IMG/VR virus record: IMGVR_UViG_3300037804_000366
Reading direction: 5' to 3' (one strand)
DNA length: 64,000 nt
Origin: an uncultured virus (IMG/VR IMGVR_UViG_3300037804_000366)
Taxonomy: Duplodnaviria > Heunggongvirae > Uroviricota > Caudoviricetes
In this document: positions 45,576-53,928 of the stretch, one piece after another
How the letters are laid out: each line of letters begins with the position of its first letter
How positions within the stretch are numbered: position 1 is the stretch's first letter
The notes under the pieces: generated by a model
Told to the model about the DNA's origin: nothing
What the model saw: the letters and a program-made list of their open reading frames with translations, nothing else
Database searches by the model: none
Program-made: the position numbers and the translations under genes

Positions 45576-46583
45576 ATGTATCAAAACACTGCAGCTATCA
45601 TTCGCCACGACTTAAATGCTTTCGTTGAGGAAGCGGCCAAGTCCGATGAGCATCTTTTTGGAAACAAAATTTTGCCGACGTATTCTACAAACGCTCGCGC
45701 CGGAATTTATCCAAGGATTGAAATCGCTTCTGGCGAACTTCTTAAAAAGGATTCGACTCTTCGCGCTCCAACCGGTACTTACAACGAAACGACTCGTAAG
45801 TTCAAGACAGCAACTTATGAGTGCTTGGATCGTGGTCTTGAGGAACGTATTGATGACGTCCTCGTAAAAGACTATGACAAGTTCTTCGACGTTGAGGTTC
45901 TTACTTCAAAGCTCATCATGCGTACTTTGAAGATGGATTACGAATCACGCGTATTTGGAGTACTTCAAGGTTCCGGAAACACTTCCACAATTACGGCAAG
46001 GGCTGCGGACTACAGGAGTACCGCTCTTGGTACTACTCAATGGGGTCAAGAAGCTGAGATCGCCGAATGGGATTTCGCAAAGGTTCTTATGGATGCCATT
46101 AAGTCCATGACCAAGCTTGGTGAAACTCCAAACACCTTGGTTTTGTCTTCCACTCAATGGAACTACATTCGTCGACTCTCTAAGCTTAACACCTTCCTTT
46201 ATGGTAACCTTGGTTCCGGAGTTGGGTACAAGCTCATCAACGATACCGACATTGGAAAAGCATTTGGAATTAAGAATGTTTACATCACGCATTCCTATGT
46301 TGATGGCGCAGGTCGTATGTCCAGTTCCACTAGCCTCTCAGCTATGTGGGATAAACAAAAAGCTTGGCTTGGTAACGTCCAAGGAGGCGAGATCAGCGGA
46401 GGCGGATTTGGTAGAACTTTCGTATGGTCGAAAGACGGCGGATTGTTCAACACCGAAACCTATCGTTCTGAGCCACGTCGAGGAGACATGATCCGAGTAC
46501 GTCATCACACATCCGAGCTTGTCGTAAATGGCAATGCTGGATGCTTGATCGACTTTGGTTCTGGCAACACTTGGACAGACTAA
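45576..46583 (+). CDS. Major capsid protein (lambda gpE-like)
   Basis: 335 aa, LRAPTG, PNTLVLS, synteny, downstream terminator. Confidence 0.8.
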   Translation: MYQNTAAIIRHDLNAFVEEAAKSDEHLFGNKILPTYSTNARAGIYPRIEIASGELLKKDSTLRAPTGTYNETTRKFKTATYECLDRGLEERIDDVLVKDYDKFFDVEVLTSKLIMRTLKMDYESRVFGVLQGSGNTSTITARAADYRSTALGTTQWGQEAEIAEWDFAKVLMDAIKSMTKLGETPNTLVLSSTQWNYIRRLSKLNTFLYGNLGSGVGYKLINDTDIGKAFGIKNVYITHSYVDGAGRMSSSTSLSAMWDKQKAWLGNVQGGEISGGGFGRTFVWSKDGGLFNTETYRSEPRRGDMIRVRHHTSELVVNGNAGCLIDFGSGNTWTD

Positions 46584-46607
46584 GATTTCTACACCACACT
46601 TCTATCA

Positions 46608-46637
46608 AAGAGGGTCACTCATCGAGTGGCCCTTTTT
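46608..46637 (+). terminator. Intrinsic terminator after MCP
   Basis: AGAGGGTCACTC-ATC-GAGTGGCCCT-TTTT. Confidence 0.75.
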
Positions 46638-46667
46638 GTTGTGTAAATTGACAGCTAGACTATATGT

Positions 46668-46739
46668 ATGGAAGGTATATCAATAAGGTGTGTAACTCAC
46701 GGGGTACATTGCGCGTCTAAAACAGGCTCTTGTGTATGA
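46668..46739 (+). CDS. 23-aa Cys/His peptide ORF
   Basis: MEGISIRCVTHGVHCASKTGSCV; ATG 14 nt after TTGACA; TGA overlaps next ATG. Confidence 0.45.
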   Translation: MEGISIRCVTHGVHCASKTGSCV

Positions 46740-47068
46740 ATAATTTCAACAAGTGTATGGATCTCGCTAATGGTTCGGCGTTTACGCAAATGGGAGAAAC
46801 CATTGTAATCAACGATACGGAGTACCCTGCGATCTATGATCCAATAGAGAGAGATGAAAAAAGAATACTTGGTGGCAGGGATAATAAGCTTGCCACGAAT
46901 GTATTTCTACTCAAGACGGATATAATACCCAAGATTGGAGACCGACTAGAGTTCACTCAAAACTCCATAGTCTTCAAGGGGCGCATCTTAAATATCATTG
47001 ATGACGATACCGATTTATTAACCCTACAGGTCTCAGGACTTCTAACAGGAGTAGTGCCACGTGTTTAG
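46736..47068 (+). CDS. Head-tail joining protein (gpFII-like)
   Basis: PKIGDRL..; position after MCP. Confidence 0.6.
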   Translation: MNNFNKCMDLANGSAFTQMGETIVINDTEYPAIYDPIERDEKRILGGRDNKLATNVFLLKTDIIPKIGDRLEFTQNSIVFKGRILNIIDDDTDLLTLQVSGLLTGVVPRV

Positions 47069-47339
47069 TGTAAACTTACAGCAATATAAAAACGAAGTTA
47101 ATAAAGACATTAACGGCATATTGGCTGAGTATGAGAAGCAGGTGAAAATCTCAAAAAAGAAAATCAAAGAGATCGAAGCCAGCAAAAAGACTATAGCCGC
47201 GACACAGGATCAAGCTACCAACGAAAACCAAAAGGCATTGCGTAAGGTTATTGGAAAAGATACGAAAAGCGAAGCTATTGACCTTGTTAAGAAAAATATG
47301 GAGAAAATTCAAAAGATAGAGGTAGGCGATGACGGCTGA
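47061..47339 (+). CDS. Hypothetical neck-region protein
   Basis: Coiled-coil ORF in neck position. Confidence 0.5.
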   Translation: MFSVNLQQYKNEVNKDINGILAEYEKQVKISKKKIKEIEASKKTIAATQDQATNENQKALRKVIGKDTKSEAIDLVKKNMEKIQKIEVGDDG

Positions 47340-48012
47340 AATTAATGACCCATATCATACCGACCCAAGGCGGATGACTGAACAGATACTTTGCGAGGTA
47401 TTAAACAACTATGCAAAGGGGGCTGTGTTTCACCCATCAAATGCGGATACCCAACAAGAGCTTCCATTTGGATCTGTGTATGTGGAAGAATCTTTGCCTA
47501 CCATTGGAGATAGATCTCCGCGAGCATACTTGATGAGCATTAAGGTCGTTTACGTTAGTCATATAAATGAGGTTGGCTCGCAGCTCCATTCTGAGAACGT
47601 TTCAAGAATACAGGATGGGCTAAACACGGTTGCAAATAAACAGTACACGGAATCATACTTGCGCCAATATGATCTTCATAGTGGCAAGTGTAAAGTAATG
47701 GCAAGAACAGGACATTTGTATTTTGAGGACTTAGATGTCACGAGAGTCGCGAAGGGAGACTATTGCGAACTTACTATAAATAAAGATTTGAAAGAAGTAG
47801 CTAGAGTTGACCATATAAGCAAAACCCCAAGCAAGAAGTATTTAGCAACCGACAAAACATACAGTCGAGCGAAGAATAACGTGCCGTGTAGAATATACAG
47901 AGACATCCTAAAAATTGACGGAATTCACGTAGAAAGCATAGGCTCTTCGCAAGAAGATTTTTCATATGGTGATGTATTCAGTATAAGGGCTGGAGTCATT
48001 ACTTGCTTATAG
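47329..48012 (+). CDS. Tail terminator/completion-like protein
   Basis: LPFGSVYVEE pattern, position before tube genes. Confidence 0.45.
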   Translation: MTAEINDPYHTDPRRMTEQILCEVLNNYAKGAVFHPSNADTQQELPFGSVYVEESLPTIGDRSPRAYLMSIKVVYVSHINEVGSQLHSENVSRIQDGLNTVANKQYTESYLRQYDLHSGKCKVMARTGHLYFEDLDVTRVAKGDYCELTINKDLKEVARVDHISKTPSKKYLATDKTYSRAKNNVPCRIYRDILKIDGIHVESIGSSQEDFSYGDVFSIRAGVITCL

Positions 48013-48032
48013 TTGACAAGGAAAACATAGAT

Positions 48033-48425
48033 ATGCCATTAACTAAACTTACAGGAGACCCGGATTACGTATTCGGAATTGATGACGAGAGCCAAGAAGT
48101 GGAGGCTATAATCGTAGAATCCTACTCTAAGGAGACTACGGTAGAGTTTGAAGCCGAAGCTAAGGATGACACGGGAAACACGGCATGTGTTGTTCGTGGG
48201 CCACTAAAGCACACTTTTAATTTCTCAGGCTATTGTAAGTCTGGAAAGTTGCTTACCGCTTTTAGTGGTAGTAATTGCAAGGTGTCCTTTAAGGATGCGG
48301 AGCTTGGTAATATAGACGAAGCTTTTGTAGAAAAGTTCGGAATCAATGCTTCTAATACGGACTTTAAAAAAGCAGAACTAACCGCTGTGTTTTACCCAGA
48401 CGGTAAGGTTTGTTGCGCAGATTAA
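48033..48425 (+). CDS. Tail tube-like protein 1
   Basis: YVFGID..AEAKD..G..SGY..SNTDFKK; TTGACA-N14. Confidence 0.6.
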   Translation: MPLTKLTGDPDYVFGIDDESQEVEAIIVESYSKETTVEFEAEAKDDTGNTACVVRGPLKHTFNFSGYCKSGKLLTAFSGSNCKVSFKDAELGNIDEAFVEKFGINASNTDFKKAELTAVFYPDGKVCCAD

Positions 48426-48443
48426 TACACGGAGGAATTTAAA

Positions 48444-48791
48444 ATGGCTAGTACTTGTAATGGATATATATATGGGGTTGATGGAAACATCAGCGGTATT
48501 AAGGTAGAAACCCAAAACGCTGACACCGGACCGCAGTATGTCGCGGAAGCGAAAGACGCGTGTGGTCGCACGAAGGCTATTAAGCTTGGTAAGCACACGG
48601 GTACTTGTACTGTAGGTGGTTACTTTTTTAAGCAGTTGCCCACGGTAAACTCAAAGGTTATTATTTCGGGTCGTACATTTTTTATCGACAAAGTTAGCAA
48701 GAGCCAGAGCAACACCGAATTTCAAAAATGTGAAATGACTGGAAAGTTCTGGGAAGGCGTTGATACAATAGGCCAGACTAATAACTGTTAA
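48444..48791 (+). CDS. Tail tube-like protein 2 (paralogue)
   Basis: YIYGVD..AEAKD..G..GGY..SNTEFQK. Confidence 0.6.
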   Translation: MASTCNGYIYGVDGNISGIKVETQNADTGPQYVAEAKDACGRTKAIKLGKHTGTCTVGGYFFKQLPTVNSKVIISGRTFFIDKVSKSQSNTEFQKCEMTGKFWEGVDTIGQTNNC

Positions 48792-48795
48792 TGAT

Positions 48796-49407
48796 GTGGC
48801 TCTTGATGAAAAGTTCGCAGAGGCTTTTGTTAATCTTGAGAGTCATCGAGTATTAGGATACAAGCTACAGCCATTTTCTATATGGCATAGGTTTTTATTG
48901 GAGTTTTTTGATTCTCCAATAATTACAGAAACAAACGACTCAGGCGGAATCGAGGACGTATTAAAGGCAATACAGATATGTCGCGTCACATACCCCCACT
49001 ACCCAAAGAAACAAGGGCTTTTAAGTAAGCTTGCGATTCTTTGTCGCAGCTGGCAAATAGAAATCCAAGCAAATCGGTTTATGGCGTATATTGAAGACTA
49101 TGCGTCGTTTCCAGAATTGTGGGACAAAGAAGATTCTGATGGGAAAACCTCTTCTGCTCCTGAATCTCTATCAATGGCTGTACAGCTAATGGAGTTAGGG
49201 TTTTCTGAAAAAGAAGCATGGGACATGCCTATAGGTAAAGCTTTTTGGTATTCCTCAATCTCCGCTTTGTTGAAGGGAGCTGAAATAGACTTCGTTACGG
49301 CAGAAGAACGTCAAATGCAGGAAAATAAAGACCAGATCCTTAAGGACATGGCTGAAGCGGAAAAAGCAATGAAAGCAAAAATGGCAGGACAAGCAAATGG
49401 CGTTTGA
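48796..49407 (+). CDS. Tail assembly chaperone-like protein
   Basis: LGFSEKEAWDMPIGKAFWY; precedes tape measure. Confidence 0.55.
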   Translation: MALDEKFAEAFVNLESHRVLGYKLQPFSIWHRFLLEFFDSPIITETNDSGGIEDVLKAIQICRVTYPHYPKKQGLLSKLAILCRSWQIEIQANRFMAYIEDYASFPELWDKEDSDGKTSSAPESLSMAVQLMELGFSEKEAWDMPIGKAFWYSSISALLKGAEIDFVTAEERQMQENKDQILKDMAEAEKAMKAKMAGQANGV

Positions 49408-52400
49408 TTTTAAAACAGTATTTTCAACCGCAGGAGCGGATAAACTAAAGGCCGCGTTTGCTGGTGCGCTAGAGCCAGCTATGATATTTGCTTCAACCGG
49501 AAGTAAGTCAGCCGCGATATGGGGCGGTATGAAGTCAGTTATATTAAATAACGTACTAGGCCCCATGGCCTTGCTTTCTGGAGCTGTATTAGGAGTAATA
49601 GGTGCGGTAAAACTTTTGGTTGGAAATACTGAAATGCTTCGCAAGGGGATGCAGAAGCTCAAGCAAATTGAATTTACTGAAGCTCAATTCAAAGGCTTAT
49701 TAGGAGGAGTGGAGGTCGCGCGTGAGCGCGTGGAGTCTTTATATAAGTTTGCGAATGAAACTCCATTTCAAATGGGGCAGGTAGCGGAAGCTTCTCGTAT
49801 GTTAGAGGTTTTGACGAAAGGAGCATTATCCACTACTGAAAATTTAAAGAAAATAGGTGATGCCGCAGCAACCGCAGGCGCTGATTTTAGTAATGTTTCT
49901 ATGCACGTTGGTCGTATGTATGACGGCTTACAAAGTGGAAGACCAGTAGGAGAGTCGGCCGCGAGGCTTCAAGAGCTTGGGCTTATGAGCGGTCAAGCAA
50001 GAGCCAAGATAGAGGATATGACTAAGGCAGGAAATAGCTTTAGTGAAATATGGAAAGTTGTTTCTGATGAACTTGAAAAGAATGAAGGCGGGATGAAAAC
50101 GATGTCCCAGACCATCCAAGGTCTGGAGACGACCCTTGCCGACGCGCAAGATAAAATGCAGGCAGGATTCGCGGAAGGCTTCATGGAGGCAGAAAAGGAA
50201 TCACTTGAGCGAGCAAGATCCGTAGCTATCGCACTACAAGAGCCTTTAGAGAAGCTAGGAGAATTATTTGGAGCAGTAGCTAAAGTCGGTAGTTGGGTCG
50301 CTGGTATATTTTTACGAATAGCTGGTGGGGCAAAAGGGTTAAGTACCGCCATTAACTTCGCCATTGATGCGTTTTTAATGTTCGCCGCAGCAGTCATGGC
50401 CGCACAGGTATACACTATGGTGGCTGGGCTTCTCTCATTGAAAAGCGCGTTCTTAGCTTCTTCGCAGGGGGCGATAATGGCTTCCTCTTGGAATATGGTT
50501 CATACAAAAGGTGTATGGGCTTCGATTGTTGCACTTAAAGGACAATCATTAGCAAATAAGATGGCTGGTGCATCCGCGATACTCGCGGGGGGAGCTTATA
50601 AGTTGGCTTCCGTTTTAGTTAAAAGCTTTACGGGTGCTATTGCCGCATCTTTTAAAGTAATGCTGGCAAATCCAATAACCGCAGTTATTGCTGGCTTGGC
50701 TGCGCTTGCTGTTGGGATTTGGCAAGTCGTGAGCGCATATAACAAGGAGCAAGAAGCTGGAGCTAAAGTGCGTAAAGCCACCCAAGAGATTACTGATAAA
50801 TACAAAGAGCAGGCTGCGGCAGTAACAACCGCGGCTGAAAAACTCTCTTTACTATCTTCTATGTATGAAGGGTTATCAAGTGCGTCAAAAGATTATGAAG
50901 CAGCATTAAAGGACGTCGAGGCGGGCGCGTTGTCTGGCTTACTAGGGACCGATTTCAATGAAGGTTTACAGGCTGTGCAGGGGATGGAAGACCGCATGTA
51001 TGCTATTGTTGCTCAGATGAGCAAGTTAAACCAAATGGAGAAATCGAGACTGAGGCTTTCGGAAGCTCGCCTAGCTTTAATGCAAAAGGAAGTTGAACTA
51101 AGTAAAGATTTAGCGAAGCAAGGATGGGATCAAAAAATGGCGAAGGCTAATCAAGCTGAACAAGTTTCTCTTCTCATACAAAGACAAAATGAACTTAATG
51201 AAAAAATAGCAAAGTCTTCCGTTGATAGAGAACATGAAGTAGCAAGCAAGGAGTATGACGATGAAATTGGGGGCGACAAAGAAGTTAGAAAAGCCGAGAT
51301 TGAAATAGAATTCGGCAAAAAAATAGCCGAACAGCGTGCGCTATCTGATCAAATGAGAGAGGGTAAAGATCCGGCAAACGTTGTTGAAGACTGGATGGCT
51401 ACCGATGCTGGGCGTCAGGCCATGAGCGCAGCTGCGAAGGAAGACCCTGACCGGTATGTTCGTGGGAACTTGGAACGGTACGGCAATGCGCTTTTAACGA
51501 ACATGACCGGTGGCTTAAATGTGGCGTGGAGCGACACGGAAAGTACCGGAATGGATGTTTTCAAACATGATCAATTTTTACAGGATACGCTGAAAAATGA
51601 CAAACGCTTTAAGGGTGGTGGCTACAACAATGAAGCGGATTTGATTCAGCAAAAGGCCGATGCTATGGCCGCGATGGAGCGCGAATATGCTGAAGAAAAG
51701 GAACGGAAAACAGGTCTTGTAACTATAAAAAATGGACAGGTAGATTACGATACTGGAAGAACCAACCGACAAAAGGAAATGGGGCAGATCGCGGCCCTTG
51801 AAAGTACCCTACAAGCTGCGGCTCGCGGAGAGGATGAGGGTGGGATTTCAATGACTAAAAGAGATGTAAGTATTTTAGAAGACGCTAAAAAGCAATTAAA
51901 AGAAATGGTTAAAGATCATGAAGCCAATGTTAAAGAAGCCGACAATCTAGCTAATGCTATAGAAACAATTCAGGACAACCTCATGGCTGCGGCAAATTTG
52001 CGTATAATTGATACGAATGAAATAGAGGAGTTGCGAAAAGTAACTAAGGAAACCTTAAATGCTGAGAAGGAAAAAGCGGCCATTATGATGAACGCAAATA
52101 AGGCGCGAATTGAAGCTCACAACCGCTCGTACGATAAGGGCGCCGGAAAGAGCAGGCAAAGAGCGGGGGATGACTTACGCGATAAGCAAGACAGGGCTGG
52201 CTTATTACAGGCAAAAATAGATGCTGGCGGGATGAGTCCAGATGACCTAGAGGACGCCTCAAGAGAACTAAGCCAGCTTAACAGGGATATCATGACCCTA
52301 GAGGGAGTTCTAAAAACATTTGATGAAGCTGAAAAGAAAACAAAGAAGTGGATAGACGCTAATAAAAAGCTAGAAGATTCCGTGGCAAAAATGGAAAGGC

Positions 52401-53083
52401 AAGCGATCAAAACATTCAACAGGCTTAAAGAAGATCTGGAAATACTTGCCGCGAGTAATGAAATAGATTTTCGCTTTGACATAGGCGACTTAGCAGGAGC
52501 TATGGACATGATGGAAGCACTTGGTAATATGGAGGATAAGAAGTTCTTGGAGCGTAGAACTGAAACTCTTTCCAAAAAAATGGGGGACAAAGAAGCTGCA
52601 GAAATGGCGCAAAAGGAGTTGATAGAAAAGAAAAGAGCTAGAAGCGAACAGGTGCAGGGCAACGCGGCAAAAGCAAGGCGTAAACAGGACATTGCGGAGC
52701 TTGATTTAGCTGCGAGGATGGGCGATCCTAATGCCAAAAAAAAAGCCACGGCTATGAAGGATCGAGACTTCTTAGAGGCTTCATTCAGGAAGAACTTAGG
52801 AGATTCTAAAGACCCAATGGACATAAGCACAGCCAAGAGTGCGGCCTTATCCGAACTAATGACGAAAAAGGTTGGTGAAGTACCAGAGGTTAAAACAATA
52901 AGTGATAGCTTTAGAAAAATAGGAGCAGGGGGAGGCGCGTCTAGTACTGACCCGCAGATCATTCTTGCGAGGAAAAGAACTGAAGCGTTAAAAGCGCTTG
53001 CTGACCTTACGAGAGATATGAAAGCCATTCAGCTCGACACGAAGGAAGTTATTGATAATAGATTAAACTTTGACGTAAAATAA
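49397..53083 (+). CDS. Tape measure protein
   Basis: FANETPFQ..IGDAAA motif, hydrophobic middle, long helical protein. Confidence 0.9.
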   Translation: MAFDFKTVFSTAGADKLKAAFAGALEPAMIFASTGSKSAAIWGGMKSVILNNVLGPMALLSGAVLGVIGAVKLLVGNTEMLRKGMQKLKQIEFTEAQFKGLLGGVEVARERVESLYKFANETPFQMGQVAEASRMLEVLTKGALSTTENLKKIGDAAATAGADFSNVSMHVGRMYDGLQSGRPVGESAARLQELGLMSGQARAKIEDMTKAGNSFSEIWKVVSDELEKNEGGMKTMSQTIQGLETTLADAQDKMQAGFAEGFMEAEKESLERARSVAIALQEPLEKLGELFGAVAKVGSWVAGIFLRIAGGAKGLSTAINFAIDAFLMFAAAVMAAQVYTMVAGLLSLKSAFLASSQGAIMASSWNMVHTKGVWASIVALKGQSLANKMAGASAILAGGAYKLASVLVKSFTGAIAASFKVMLANPITAVIAGLAALAVGIWQVVSAYNKEQEAGAKVRKATQEITDKYKEQAAAVTTAAEKLSLLSSMYEGLSSASKDYEAALKDVEAGALSGLLGTDFNEGLQAVQGMEDRMYAIVAQMSKLNQMEKSRLRLSEARLALMQKEVELSKDLAKQGWDQKMAKANQAEQVSLLIQRQNELNEKIAKSSVDREHEVASKEYDDEIGGDKEVRKAEIEIEFGKKIAEQRALSDQMREGKDPANVVEDWMATDAGRQAMSAAAKEDPDRYVRGNLERYGNALLTNMTGGLNVAWSDTESTGMDVFKHDQFLQDTLKNDKRFKGGGYNNEADLIQQKADAMAAMEREYAEEKERKTGLVTIKNGQVDYDTGRTNRQKEMGQIAALESTLQAAARGEDEGGISMTKRDVSILEDAKKQLKEMVKDHEANVKEADNLANAIETIQDNLMAAANLRIIDTNEIEELRKVTKETLNAEKEKAAIMMNANKARIEAHNRSYDKGAGKSRQRAGDDLRDKQDRAGLLQAKIDAGGMSPDDLEDASRELSQLNRDIMTLEGVLKTFDEAEKKTKKWIDANKKLEDSVAKMERQAIKTFNRLKEDLEILAASNEIDFRFDIGDLAGAMDMMEALGNMEDKKFLERRTETLSKKMGDKEAAEMAQKELIEKKRARSEQVQGNAAKARRKQDIAELDLAARMGDPNAKKKATAMKDRDFLEASFRKNLGDSKDPMDISTAKSAALSELMTKKVGEVPEVKTISDSFRKIGAGGGASSTDPQIILARKRTEALKALADLTRDMKAIQLDTKEVIDNRLNFDVK

Positions 53084-53085
53084 TT

Positions 53086-53928
53086 ATGGGCTGTTTAAAT
53101 TACTTACTAGAACAACCGGGTGCTACTATTACCATGAATCCTCATGGTATGGCAGGTGGCACTCTTTCGTATAAATGTGACCGCAGGGCTTCTTGCATGC
53201 TTGCAAGTAGTAAAATGATAGGTCCGGGTCATGTTCATCCTAGAGAACGTTGGTTGTATTGCAGTAATGTAGTACACACGAATGATGGAGCATATGATAT
53301 TATAAACGCCACCTACGAAGGACTGTCTCAAGACGCTATGCCAACTGGTGGATATTCATTGGGTACTATACAGACGGCAATCCCACTACACGTAAACTAT
53401 AAGGATAATCGTCCGGGCAGTTTTGCCGGCCCGATTGGAGAGGGTACTAGCCCCAATACGTACGGCAGGCTCTTGGATGAAGATGGCGCGTTTAAGGCAT
53501 TCGGCCCACTCCCTGATGGTTTAATGAATCGTCCGCAGCCTGCCCCAGATGATGGAGCTGCAGAGTTAGAGGGAGTAGAGAATTTTCTACAAGCTGGTCA
53601 GTTGACTTTTAAATATGGCGCTCTACATAAAGAGAAATTACATGCGAGGTGTGGCCCAAAAAAAGAACAAGCGCAGTCTGGGCGTTTAGCCAAGCAACAC
53701 ATTAGTAGTGTTGGGTATGTTTCTACCCCAATATCACAATCAATCCCTTATCTTGACCCGCCTTATGAAGAAGCAAATTGGTTGTTTGTTGCTCTTAATG
53801 AAGATGTTAGAACACAAAATGGTGGGAACGTTAGATTTTTTACGACTCAACTGGAGTTTTTAGCTAGTGGGCCGGGCGGATGGAATCCATTACTTTATAA
53901 AGACGTAGGCGCTACAAGGCTTCCGTGA
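53086..53928 (+). CDS. Tail tip/distal tail-like protein
   Basis: Position after TMP; IPLHVNY, GPGGWNPLLY. Confidence 0.5.
   Translation: MGCLNYLLEQPGATITMNPHGMAGGTLSYKCDRRASCMLASSKMIGPGHVHPRERWLYCSNVVHTNDGAYDIINATYEGLSQDAMPTGGYSLGTIQTAIPLHVNYKDNRPGSFAGPIGEGTSPNTYGRLLDEDGAFKAFGPLPDGLMNRPQPAPDDGAAELEGVENFLQAGQLTFKYGALHKEKLHARCGPKKEQAQSGRLAKQHISSVGYVSTPISQSIPYLDPPYEEANWLFVALNEDVRTQNGGNVRFFTTQLEFLASGPGGWNPLLYKDVGATRLP

Noticed and set aside
48796..49407. Programmed -1 frameshift in tail chaperone
   Set aside because: A single ORF spans to the TMP and already includes the gpT-like C-terminal motif, so no second frame is needed
52117..53028. 303-aa antisense ORF (and similar at 35025, 33140, 28466)
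   Set aside because: Ser/Leu/Phe-rich shadows of biased sense genes; no motifs
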